From an uncultured Acidobacteriota bacterium (lineage in GTDB: Bacteria > Acidobacteriota > Vicinamibacteria > Vicinamibacterales > Fen-181): a stretch of DNA of 64,000 bases. Each line of letters starts with the position of its first letter. Position 1 is the first letter of the stretch. This document shows positions 1 to 8,562 of the stretch, one piece after another. The DNA lies in contig CAWAMP010000022.1 in NCBI GenBank assembly GCA_963783255.1, positions 566,761 to 630,760 of the forward strand, in the 5' to 3' direction. The position numbers and the translations under genes were made by a program. Below the pieces are notes generated by a model. That model was not told the origin of the DNA. It ran no database searches and saw only the letters and a program-made list of their open reading frames with translations.

Positions 1-39
1 ATCTCGCGATCGTGGGATCCGTCGCACGCCGCCGGTTTC

Positions 40-127
40 GCAAGGTCCCACGTTCGCACGATCCCTGGTTCGCACGATCCGTGGTTCGCACGATCTCCAG
101 TTCGCAAGATCGCAAGATCGCAAGATA
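40..127 (+). repeat. 8-nt-period tandem array, locus A (11 phased octamers ending 13 nt before the symporter ATG)
   Basis: Read in one phase: GCAAGGTC CCACGTTC GCACGATC CCTGGTTC GCACGATC CGTGGTTC GCACGATC TCCAGTTC GCAAGATC GCAAGATC GCAAGATA. A weaker same-phase signal continues back to nt 1 at the window edge. Period 8 cannot be coding, although ORF 12..1634 runs through it. Confidence 0.85.
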
Positions 128-140
128 CGAGATTCACCCT

Positions 141-1634
141 ATGGGTTTCTCCGCCATCGACTACGCCGTCCTGCTGGCGTATCTCCTCGGGATCACGATC
201 TTCGGGACGTTGTTCCGCAAATCGCATCGCTCGGTGAAGGACTACTTCGTCGGTACGAAGACGACGCACTGGCTGGTGATCAGCCTGTCGATTGTCGCCA
301 CGGAGACCAGCACACTGACGCTGATCGGCGTGCCGGCGCTGGCCTACTCGACCTACGCCCGGCCGGAGCAGGGCGGGGCGCTCACCTACCTGCAGGTCGT
401 GGCCGGCTATGTCATTGCGCGGGTGATCATCAGCTTCCTGTTCATCCCGGCCTATTTCCAGGGCGAGCTGCTGACGGCCTACGAGCTGCTGTCGCGCCGG
501 TTCGGCGCGGCCACGAAGCACTTCGCCGCCTCGCTCTTCCTGACGATGCGCGCGCTCGCCGAGGGGGTGCGGGTGTTCGCCGCCTCGCTGGTGCTGGCGG
601 CTGTGATCGGCTCGAGCCTGCCCGGGCTCCCCCAGCTGTGGCTCTGGTCGATCGTCCTCGTGGGCCTGCTGACGCTGATCTACACCTTCGAGGGAGGCAT
701 TGCCGCGGTCATCTGGACGGACCTGATTCAGCTGGTCATCTACATCGGCGGCTCGCTGCTCGCCGCCTGGCAGCTGCTGCACATGGTGCCGGGCGGTTGG
801 GCGGCGATCGCCGCGCACGCGGAGGCGGCGCACAAGTTCGAGTGGCTGTCCTTCTCCTGGGACCTGACGCTGCCGTTCACGTTCTGGGCGGGCCTCATCG
901 GGGGCACGTTCCTGACGATGGCGTCGCACGGCACCGATCAGCTCCTGGTGCAGCGGCTGCTGACGTGCAAGAACAAGCGCGACAGTCAGAAGGCGCTCAT
1001 CGCCAGCGGGTTCATCGTGCTGTTCCAGTTCGCGCTGTTCCTGACGATCGGCGTGATGCTGTACGCCTACTACCAGCACGCCCCGCTTCCGCCACTGACG
1101 AGCAACGACGAGATCTTCCCGGTCTTCATCGTGCACGCCCTGCCGAGCGGCATCGCCGGCCTGGTGATTGCGGCGGTGTTCGCGGCGGCAATGTCGAACC
1201 TGAGCGGATCGCTGAACTCGCTTGCGTCGACGACCGTTCTGGACTTCTACAAGCCGATCGCGGGGGCGGACCGCACCGACGCCCAGCTGCTCCGGCTTTC
1301 GCGCTGGTGCACGGCAGCGTGGGGCGTCGTGCTCATCCTGATTGCGATCGTCGCGCGCGGCTGGGGATCGGTGTTCACCGCGGGACTGTCGATCGCGTCT
1401 CTCGTCTACGGCCCGATGCTCGGTGCGTTCCTGCTCGGGGTCCTGACCACGCGCGCGACGCAGCCCGGCGTGATGACCGGGATCGGCGTCTCGCTCGGTT
1501 GCATGCTGATCGTCAAGACCTGCACGCCGCTGGCGTGGACGTGGTATGTGCTGGTCGGCACGGCCATCTGCGTCACCGTCGGCTTCCTCGTGAGCCTCGC
1601 GACGCCGGCGGCCGGCCGCCCGGCAAAGGGGTGA
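141..1634 (+). CDS. sodium:solute symporter (SSS) family transporter
   Basis: The first ATG in ORF 12..1634 gives MGFSAIDYAVLLAYLLGITIFG. The protein is hydrophobic throughout, with SSS-like spacing of helices. Upstream ORF residues are translation of the octamer array. Confidence 0.85.
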   Translation: MGFSAIDYAVLLAYLLGITIFGTLFRKSHRSVKDYFVGTKTTHWLVISLSIVATETSTLTLIGVPALAYSTYARPEQGGALTYLQVVAGYVIARVIISFLFIPAYFQGELLTAYELLSRRFGAATKHFAASLFLTMRALAEGVRVFAASLVLAAVIGSSLPGLPQLWLWSIVLVGLLTLIYTFEGGIAAVIWTDLIQLVIYIGGSLLAAWQLLHMVPGGWAAIAAHAEAAHKFEWLSFSWDLTLPFTFWAGLIGGTFLTMASHGTDQLLVQRLLTCKNKRDSQKALIASGFIVLFQFALFLTIGVMLYAYYQHAPLPPLTSNDEIFPVFIVHALPSGIAGLVIAAVFAAAMSNLSGSLNSLASTTVLDFYKPIAGADRTDAQLLRLSRWCTAAWGVVLILIAIVARGWGSVFTAGLSIASLVYGPMLGAFLLGVLTTRATQPGVMTGIGVSLGCMLIVKTCTPLAWTWYVLVGTAICVTVGFLVSLATPAAGRPAKG

Positions 1635-1637
1635 TCG

Positions 1638-2447
1638 ATGGCGCAGACGCTCAAGCTCCTCCTGGTGCCCGGGTCGGTGCCGTTCCTCGCCATCGGCCTG
1701 GCACTCGGCGTGGGTTTGCTGTACGGCGGCCCGCGACCTCAGCGCTGGGGCCGCGCGTGGCTGACAATCCTGCTGCCCTTCTACCTGTTCCTCTGCACGC
1801 CCCTCGGCGCCGACGTCGTCTCGGCGCCGCTCGCGTGGCGCCACGGGTCAATCGAGCGCGCGGAGCAGGCTGCGGGCGTGGACACCATCGTGGCGATCAC
1901 CACCGGAAGCTGGGTCTACAAGGCCCGAGGGCTCGAGGTGGACGAGATGGGCAGGTTCACCTCGCACAACGCGCTCGAGACCGCGCGCGTCTACCGGCTG
2001 ATGACGAAGCCGACGGTCGTCGTTACCGGGGGCATGGTCGTCGACGGCCAGCAGCGATTCGCCGAGGCCGAGGTGATGGCAGACGGCCTCACCCGCCTCG
2101 GCGTGCCGCGCGACCGCATCGTCCTCGAAACGCGTTCGCACAACACGAGGGAGCAGGCCGCGAACTCGGCCGAGATCCTCAGGAAGCGAGGGACGAAGAG
2201 GTTCGTCCTGGTCACCGACTCCGGGCACATGCCCCGGGCCCTCGCCGCGTTCCGCGCGCAGGGCCTCGACCCGGTGCCGTCCGTGTCGGTGCTGCGGGTG
2301 TGGACGCCGCCCGGGCTTCACCACCGGCTGCGTCCGACCCTCAACGCCTACCTCCAGGGCGAACGCGCGTGCTACGAGTACGTCGCCCGGGCGTACCACT
2401 GGCTTCAGGACACGCTGCGGCGGAACGGGCCACGATCGCGGGGCTGA
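1638..2447 (+). CDS. YdcF/ElyC-like DUF218 family protein
   Basis: The ATG lies 3 nt after the symporter stop. It has N-terminal TM segments and a Rossmann-like core (TIVAITTGS, VVVTGG, FVLVTDSGHMPRA) typical of DUF218. Confidence 0.65.
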   Translation: MAQTLKLLLVPGSVPFLAIGLALGVGLLYGGPRPQRWGRAWLTILLPFYLFLCTPLGADVVSAPLAWRHGSIERAEQAAGVDTIVAITTGSWVYKARGLEVDEMGRFTSHNALETARVYRLMTKPTVVVTGGMVVDGQQRFAEAEVMADGLTRLGVPRDRIVLETRSHNTREQAANSAEILRKRGTKRFVLVTDSGHMPRALAAFRAQGLDPVPSVSVLRVWTPPGLHHRLRPTLNAYLQGERACYEYVARAYHWLQDTLRRNGPRSRG

Positions 2448-2455
2448 AGCCCCGC
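2438..2455. repeat. GC hairpin element copy 1 (GCGGGGC-TGAA-GCCCCGC)
   Basis: A perfect 7-bp stem sits between convergent genes. The TGA stop of gene 1638..2447 lies in the loop. The same element occurs at 28147 and 30105. Confidence 0.8.
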
Positions 2456-2456
2456 G

Positions 2457-3644
2457 CTACACCGAGGCACGCCCGCCGTGCGGCTGCGGCTTCCACGGCG
2501 GCAGGAGCCGGATGAGCACGGCGAGGATGACGAACGGCAGGATGAGCAGCAGGACGGCGGGCAGCAACCCCTCGCGCGTGGCCCACTCCATCTTGTAGCT
2601 GGTGTAGCCGAGGAAGCTCTTCGAGAACAGCTGGCCGCCGATCACGACGTTCCAGCGCATCGCGAAGATGCCGACCATCGTCAGCGTGCCGGCGGTCGCG
2701 TAGATCCACTGCCTCGTCTTCGCCTTGAGCGCGACCAGTTGCGTCACACCCAGCATGCCCAGCGGCACCACGGTGCCGACGATGATCTGCAGGACGACCT
2801 GCGAGGTAAAGAGGCGGGTGCGCACCATGAAGTCGAGCGCGCGGAACGACTCGTCGGCCTCGTAGACCCGGTGGATGAGGTCCAGCATCTCGAGCGAGAA
2901 GTCGACCACGAAGGCGTAGAACAGGTACCGGGCGACCGTGTCGAGGCACTCCATGTCGAACCGGCGCTCGCGCCACCAGGCCGTGACCATGTACACCAGC
3001 ATCACGGCCGCAATGCCGGACACGATCGCCGAGAACAGGAAGACGATGGGCATCAGCGGCGTGGACCACCAGGGATTCGCCTTGATCGACCCGAAGATGA
3101 ACCCGACGTAGCCGTGCAGCAGGAACGCCGACGGGATCCCGATGACGGTCAGCGCACGTCCAATCCGATCGTCGAGCGCGAGCGCCTCCGGGCCGATGTT
3201 GTCCGACCAGAGCGCCATGGCCCCGTACAGCCACCGCTTCGGCCCGCGCGACTCCCGCCACGTCAGCACGATCTCCTTCCGGTAGTCGAGCCAGATCTCG
3301 AGCACGAGCACGACCATCAGGTACCACAGGTAGACGAACCCGAACATCGCCATCGCCGACTCGGTGTGCGGCGTCAGGTACATCTCGAGCGACCGCTCGG
3401 GATGTCCCAGGTGCAGTTGCAGCGGCAGCGGCGCCACCAGCAGGAACGCGAGGGCCGTCAGCAGCGCCAGCCGGTACGTGGGCTTGACGGCCTCGACGTT
3501 GAAGACGCGCTCGAGAGAGGCCAGGATGAACGCGCCGGCCACCAGCCCCGTGACGAACGGGTAGAGGACGATGAGCACGCTCCACTGGAGCTCCAGCTCG
3601 TTCGGGTACATGAACCCCTGCACTGCCGGCAGTACGCTCTCCAT
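2457..3644 (-). CDS. NrfD/PsrC-type polysulfide-reductase-like integral membrane subunit
   Basis: A 395-aa polytopic protein whose N-terminus LQWSVLIVLYPFVTGLVAGAF is characteristic of the NrfD family. GGAGG lies 6 nt upstream of the ATG. It is last in the operon with the ferredoxin and cytochrome genes. Confidence 0.85.
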   Translation of the reverse strand: MESVLPAVQGFMYPNELELQWSVLIVLYPFVTGLVAGAFILASLERVFNVEAVKPTYRLALLTALAFLLVAPLPLQLHLGHPERSLEMYLTPHTESAMAMFGFVYLWYLMVVLVLEIWLDYRKEIVLTWRESRGPKRWLYGAMALWSDNIGPEALALDDRIGRALTVIGIPSAFLLHGYVGFIFGSIKANPWWSTPLMPIVFLFSAIVSGIAAVMLVYMVTAWWRERRFDMECLDTVARYLFYAFVVDFSLEMLDLIHRVYEADESFRALDFMVRTRLFTSQVVLQIIVGTVVPLGMLGVTQLVALKAKTRQWIYATAGTLTMVGIFAMRWNVVIGGQLFSKSFLGYTSYKMEWATREGLLPAVLLLILPFVILAVLIRLLPPWKPQPHGGRASV

Positions 3645-3660
3645 CGAGGTCCTCCGCCTT

Positions 3661-4426
3661 CTACCGCACCGAGCCGTCCAGACCGTTGTAGTAGACCTTC
3701 GAGCCCGTCGCCATCTGCGGCTTCAGCACGAGCACGTGGTGTTCGCGCAGGAACTGGTGAATCGGGTCCTTCTTGTTCTTCAGGTCGCCCAGCTGCCGCG
3801 CATCGGTGGGACACGTCTCGCAGCACGCCGTCGTCAGCCCCTTCGTGATCCGGTGGTAGCACAAGGTGCACTTGTCGACCGTCTCGGTGCGCGGGTCGAT
3901 GAACCGGCAGCCGTACGGGCACGCCTGCACGCAGTACCCGGCATCCCAGGCAGTAGGCCTTGTCCACCAGGACGACGCCATCCGGGCTCTCGAATGTCGC
4001 ACCGACCGGGCAGACCTGGACGCAGGGAGAGTGCGCGCACTGGTTGCAGAGCTTGGGCACGAAGTAGTGCTTGGCCTCAGGGTCCGCCTGCGCCTTCTCG
4101 CGGAACCCGTCGTAGCCCCCGTTCGGGGAGTCGACGATCGGGTGCTCGAAGTCGTCCGGCCTGACCTGGTAGCGCTCGACCCACGTGCGGAAGTACTGTG
4201 CCTCGCGCGGCACGTCGTTCTCTTCCTTGCACGCGCGCACGCAATTGCCGCAGCCGATGCACCGCTCGATGTCGATCACCATGCCCCACCAGTGATCCGT
4301 CATCGTGTAGTTCGCGGCCGTCTCGGGGCGGCCGGCGACAATCGCCTCCCACGCGACGGACGCCGACGCCGACAGCACCAGCAGTTTCCCGGTCGAGAGC
4401 ATGAACGCGCGTCGATCTGGATTCAT
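3661..4426 (-). pseudogene. NrfC/PsrB-like 4x[4Fe-4S] ferredoxin subunit with Tat signal, split by a +1 frame error
   Basis: The N-terminal part lies in ORF 3458..4885 (MNPDRRAFML, CIGCGNCVRAC, CNQCAHSPCVQVCP, DKAYCLGC). The C-terminal part lies in ORF 3661..4002 (YCVQACPYGCRF, CTLCYHR, CCETCP). Deleting one G of the GGG at 3937-3939 (minus sense) restores CLGCRYCVQACPYG, and 765 nt gives 254 aa. Confidence 0.8.
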
Positions 4427-4439
4427 GGCCGCTCCAGTG

Positions 4440-4901
4440 TCAGGACATCTTGGGCGCGTGCGGCTTGTGGCAGGCGACGCAGGGCCCTTCAGGGCTGTGC
4501 TCGGCCACCACGACCTGCGGGTACGCTTTCGGTTTCCACGGACTGGTCTCGTGGCACCGGGCGCACAGCGCGCGCGAGTCGGGGCGGGCCGGCTTCTTCT
4601 CGCCGCCGGCCTGCACGTGGGCGAACAGCGGCCCGTGGCAGGCCTCGCAGCCAATCCGCGCGTGCCGGCTGCCGACCCGGGCGGCGACGACGTCGGAATG
4701 GCAATCCTCGCACGCTGCCCGCCCCGCGTACTGCAGCGGCCGCGCCCTGACGTCGTCGAGCGCCGGGGCCCGGTAGTGGCCGTAGAGCCCGAACCCGGGC
4801 GGCACCATTGCCCAGCGGAGCACGAAGAACGACGTGATGCCGATGGCGAACAACCCCGCCATCCGCACCAGGTGCTGCCTGTCACTTGGCCGACCGCTCA
4901 T
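4440..4901 (-). CDS. membrane-anchored tetrahaem c-type cytochrome
   Basis: A 153-aa protein with four CxxCH motifs (CEDCH, CEACH, CARCH, CVACH) and one N-terminal TM helix (MAGLFAIGITSFFVL). It ends 13 nt upstream of the ferredoxin gene. Confidence 0.8.
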   Translation of the reverse strand: MSGRPSDRQHLVRMAGLFAIGITSFFVLRWAMVPPGFGLYGHYRAPALDDVRARPLQYAGRAACEDCHSDVVAARVGSRHARIGCEACHGPLFAHVQAGGEKKPARPDSRALCARCHETSPWKPKAYPQVVVAEHSPEGPCVACHKPHAPKMS

Positions 4902-5130
4902 CGGGCGCTCCTTGATCGAAGCCCGCGGGAATCCGGTCCGAACCGGCGACCATCCGAGCCTCCGCTCGGGCGGCCGTCCGGGGTGACGAAAGGGTATCAT
5001 TAAACGAAAGCAAGCGTCTGGCCAGTCGGGCCCGGCGTCCGCTTCCCGGCGAAAACCAACGGGTTTCGTCTCGTTCGGCTCGTAGGGCAGCAGACGGCCC
5101 GCTGGTCGTCTGCCGAAAAGCCGGCAGGCG

Positions 5131-7278
5131 TCAGGGCCGTTCTGCCGCCGTGGCGCGGCCGCCGGCCGTTTCGTCGGACAATGACGCCCGGCCAACGGGC
5201 CGCGTGCCGACGTTGCGCAGGAAGAGGACCACCGACCGGGCCCGTACCACGTAGTCGAGCGAGTCCAAGCCAACCGGTGCCTCGTCGGCCACGATGTCCT
5301 CGGGCGACGTCCGCGCCGTGTCCACCACCCGTCGCCACTCGACCGCCGTGCCCTCCTGAATCGCGAAGGTCAGGTCGTCCGGCCCCGCGTTGATCATCAC
5401 GTAGAGGTCGCGGTCCGCCTGCGACGCCCCGCGCAGGCAGTACGCCAGCTGGTGGGAACCATCCGACCAGTCGACGTCGCGCCCGGTGCCGAACCACTCC
5501 ACGTCGTCTCGCCAGAACCGGCTCCGGCCGATCGACGGGTGCGCCTTTCTGAAGGCGATCATCATCTTGAAGAACCGGTGAATGCCGCGGTTCCTGCCGA
5601 GCAGCGACCAGTCGACCCAGGTCGTCTCGTTGTCCTGGTTGTACGGATTGTTGTTGCCGCCCTGCGTCTGCATGAACTCGTCGCCCGCGCAGAACATCGG
5701 CGTCCCGTTGGACAGGAACAGCAGCGCGCAGAAGTTCTTCACCTGTTGCCGACGGAGCGCGAGCACCTCGGCGGGCGCTCCTTCGTCGCCCTCGTGCCCG
5801 CAGTTCCAGCTGACGTTGTGGTCGTTGCCGTCGGCGTTCGCCCAGCCGTTGGCGAGGTTGTGCTTCTGGTTGTACGACACCAGGTCGTACAGGCAGAACC
5901 CGTCGTGGGCTGTGATGAAGTTGACACTCTGGTACGCGTGGTAGGCGTCTGGCAGCGCGTCCGGGAACTGATCGGAACTGCCGTAGAGCCGGGTCATCAG
6001 GCCGGCAACGGTGCACCGGTCGCCCCTCACGAAGGCGCGTACCTCGTCGCGAAACCGGTCGTTCCACTGGTACCATTCGATGCCCGGGAACTGCCGCCCC
6101 AGGAGGTAGCTCCCGAGGTCCCACGCCTCGGCAATCAGCCGCAGGCCCCTGAAGTCGGGGTCGGCGTCGATGGCCGAGATGACCGGCGGGTCGTCCGTGT
6201 CGATCGAACCGTCGGTCCGCCGGGTGAAGATCGACGCCAGGTCGAACCGGAACCCGTCCACGTGCATCTCCCGCACCCAGAACCGCATGCTGTCGACGAT
6301 CAGCTTCCGCACGGCCGCATTCGCCGTGTGGAGGACGTTCCCCGTGCCGGTGTCGTTGCGATAGCGGCTGCGGTCGTGGTGCAGCAGATAGTAGGTGGGG
6401 TTGTCGATTCCGCGATACGAGTACGTCGGGCCTATCTCGTCGGCCTCGACGGTGTGGTTGTACACCACGTCGAGGACCACCTCGATCCCCGCCGCGTGCA
6501 GCGCCCGCACCATGTCCTGCATCTCGGCAATCGCGCGTTCGGGGGCGTGCGCCGCGGCGTACTGCGCGTGCGGCGCGAAGAAATTCAGCGGCATGTAGCC
6601 CCAGTAGTTGCACTCCTGGGGATCGCGCTGAACGACGGGCAGCAGCTCCACCACCGTGACGCCGAGGTCCACGAGATATGGGATCTTGTCGATGACGCCG
6701 GCGAACGTGCCGCGGCGGTCGGCAGGCACGCCCGAGTTGTCGCGCCTCGTGAAACCGCGGACGTGCATCTCGTAGACCACGGTGTCCCAGGAGTGGCGCG
6801 GCCGGCAGCCTTCGTCCCAGCCGTTCGCCTGCCGGCTCGCCTCCAGCACCCCGAGCGGCGCCCGGCCCGCGTTGGAGCCGCGGAGCTTGGCCATCTCGCG
6901 ATCGAACGCCGGCGGAAAGAACACGGCCCGGGCGTACGGGTCGAGCAGGACCTTGTCGGGATCGAACCGAAGCCCGGCAGCGGGATCGTCGGGGCCGCCC
7001 ACCGAGTACGCGTAGTAGCACGCCCCGCGAATCGCCTCATCCGAGAGCCAGCAGTGCCAGACGCGGCCCGACTTGTTGACGAGCGGGTCGAGCGTGATGC
7101 GGTGGAGCGGCTCGGTGAACTCGTCGGCGCCGTAGAGCAGCAGGGTGACCGAGGTCGCGTGTTTCGAGTAGAGCGCGAAGTTCCATGCACCGGCCTTCGC
7201 GTTCCAGGTCGCACCGAGCGGCGACGGGAGCCCTTCGATGCGGGCCCACGGATCTGGCTGGCAGTCGGATGTGCTCAT
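5131..7278 (-). CDS. glgX: glycogen debranching enzyme (GH13, GlgX type)
   Basis: A 715-aa protein with GH13 signature blocks VVLDVVYNH, DGFRFDLAS, IAEAWD and FITAHDGF. Confidence 0.9.
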   Translation of the reverse strand: MSTSDCQPDPWARIEGLPSPLGATWNAKAGAWNFALYSKHATSVTLLLYGADEFTEPLHRITLDPLVNKSGRVWHCWLSDEAIRGACYYAYSVGGPDDPAAGLRFDPDKVLLDPYARAVFFPPAFDREMAKLRGSNAGRAPLGVLEASRQANGWDEGCRPRHSWDTVVYEMHVRGFTRRDNSGVPADRRGTFAGVIDKIPYLVDLGVTVVELLPVVQRDPQECNYWGYMPLNFFAPHAQYAAAHAPERAIAEMQDMVRALHAAGIEVVLDVVYNHTVEADEIGPTYSYRGIDNPTYYLLHHDRSRYRNDTGTGNVLHTANAAVRKLIVDSMRFWVREMHVDGFRFDLASIFTRRTDGSIDTDDPPVISAIDADPDFRGLRLIAEAWDLGSYLLGRQFPGIEWYQWNDRFRDEVRAFVRGDRCTVAGLMTRLYGSSDQFPDALPDAYHAYQSVNFITAHDGFCLYDLVSYNQKHNLANGWANADGNDHNVSWNCGHEGDEGAPAEVLALRRQQVKNFCALLFLSNGTPMFCAGDEFMQTQGGNNNPYNQDNETTWVDWSLLGRNRGIHRFFKMMIAFRKAHPSIGRSRFWRDDVEWFGTGRDVDWSDGSHQLAYCLRGASQADRDLYVMINAGPDDLTFAIQEGTAVEWRRVVDTARTSPEDIVADEAPVGLDSLDYVVRARSVVLFLRNVGTRPVGRASLSDETAGGRATAAERP

Positions 7279-7282
7279 AGCG

Positions 7283-7600
7283 CTACTGCAGGAGCGTGGC
7301 GAGGTGTTCGGAGATCACCTGCCCGACCCGTTCCTCGCCGAGGAAGGTCTTGACGAGCGGCGGCAGCTCCGATTCCACGACGACGCGGTCGTCCATCACG
7401 TCCATGGTCCCGCGGAACGAACTGCCGAAGAACCCCATCGCGATCGCGAACGAGAAGGTCATGCGGTCGCCGTCCCAGTCCTTCGTCGGATCCTTGACCG
7501 TGACTCCGCCTGGCGGCTCCTGGATCAGCCGGTCGAGAAACCGATCCACCCTGCCGATGGCCTCCTGCCGTCCGAGCGTGTGCGGCAGCTCGATGCGCAT
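7283..7600 (-). CDS. small protein resembling the putative polyhydroxyalkanoic-acid system protein family
   Basis: A 105-aa protein. The pattern MRIELPHTLGRQEAIGRV...WDGDRMTF...V...LPPLVK resembles that family from memory. It ends 4 nt upstream of glgX. Confidence 0.5.
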   Translation of the reverse strand: MRIELPHTLGRQEAIGRVDRFLDRLIQEPPGGVTVKDPTKDWDGDRMTFSFAIAMGFFGSSFRGTMDVMDDRVVVESELPPLVKTFLGEERVGQVISEHLATLLQ

Positions 7601-7703
7601 GACGTTCCCTCAGCCGGGCCTCCGGTCGGGCCGGCCCGCATACTGTAGCATCCTTGCGGGCGTGGCGCCGCTTGGGTCACGATGGGTGGCAGGGGGCGCG
7701 ACC

Positions 7704-8561
7704 ATGAAGGTACTGGTGATCGGCGGAACGGGCACGGTCGGTTCGACGGTGGTGAGCCAGTTGACGGCCGGCGGGCACGAGCCGCGCGTGATGACGCGAT
7801 TGGCGGAGAAGGCCGCCCGCGTGCCGCCTGGCACGGCGCACGTGGTCGCAGATCTCGAACAGCCGGCTTCCCTTCCGGCGGCGTTCGCGGGCGTCGGCGG
7901 CGTGTTCCTGATCGCCGCGGTCGGCCCGACCGAAACCGAACAGGGCCTCGCCGGAGTCGCAGCCGCAAAGGCCGCGGGCCTCCAGCGCATCGTCTACGTG
8001 TCGGTGGCCATGCCGCCGGGTTCCGAGGTGATCCCGCACTTCGCGTCGAAGATCCCGGTCGAACAAGCCGTCCAGGCGTCGGGAATCCCGTGGACCATCC
8101 TCAGACCGAACAACTTCTTCCAGAACGACCTGTGGCTGCGCGACGCGATCACGGTCCACGGCGTCTACCCCCAGCCGCTGGGCCCGCGCGGCGTCAACCG
8201 CGTGGATGTGCGCGATGTCGCCGAGGCGGCTGCCAACGCCTTCACGCGCGGCGTCGGCGGCATCGTGCCGCTCAACGGCCCGCGGGGCCTGACCGGCGAC
8301 GACACCGCGCGCGTCTACTCCGAGCACCTGAAGCGCCCGGTGCGCTACGGCGGCGACGACCTCGACGCGTGGGAGCGGCAGGCCGCGATCATGTTCCCGC
8401 CACGGATGGTACAGGACCTCCGGATCATGTACGACTACTTCATCAGGAACGGGATGCATGCCAGCGGAACGGACTTCGCCGCTCAGGAACGCCTGCTCGG
8501 CCGGGGCCCGCGGCCTTTCGAGGCGTTTGCTGCAGAACTCACGGACAGTTGGAAGAAGTAG
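7704..8561 (+). CDS. NmrA-family NAD(P)-binding protein
   Basis: It has an MKVLVIGGTGTVGS Rossmann motif at the internal ATG of ORF 7296..8561 and NmrA-like length (285 aa). Confidence 0.8.
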   Translation: MKVLVIGGTGTVGSTVVSQLTAGGHEPRVMTRLAEKAARVPPGTAHVVADLEQPASLPAAFAGVGGVFLIAAVGPTETEQGLAGVAAAKAAGLQRIVYVSVAMPPGSEVIPHFASKIPVEQAVQASGIPWTILRPNNFFQNDLWLRDAITVHGVYPQPLGPRGVNRVDVRDVAEAAANAFTRGVGGIVPLNGPRGLTGDDTARVYSEHLKRPVRYGGDDLDAWERQAAIMFPPRMVQDLRIMYDYFIRNGMHASGTDFAAQERLLGRGPRPFEAFAAELTDSWKK

Positions 8562-8562
8562 G

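Noticed and set aside
638-2515. Very long ORFs overlapping better-supported genes on other frames or strands. Examples are 638..2515, 2341..3585, 2478..3848, 5000..7021, 5452..7353, 8614..10362, 16685..18733, 22152..24047, 28251..29966, 32534..36115, 38320..40209, 43012..44892, 46218..48386, 54942..54570-type and 59167..60726.
   Set aside because: Their products are Arg/Pro/Gly/Ala/His-rich low-complexity strings without recognisable motifs, as expected for stop-poor alternative frames of GC-rich DNA. In every case another frame encodes a protein with clear family signatures.
3937-3941. Programmed ribosomal frameshifting as the explanation for the five frame disruptions.
   Set aside because: There are no slippery heptamers, no in-frame stop of the prfB type at the shift sites, and no shared sequence context. 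The affected genes are unrelated in function.
3458-4885. The 475-aa ORF taken at face value as one protein.
   Set aside because: Only residues 154 to about 315 (from MNPDRRAFML) look like a real ferredoxin. The N-terminal 153 aa are antisense or out-of-frame to the cytochrome gene, and the C-terminal part is out-of-frame NrfC/NrfD sequence following the frame error at about 3938.
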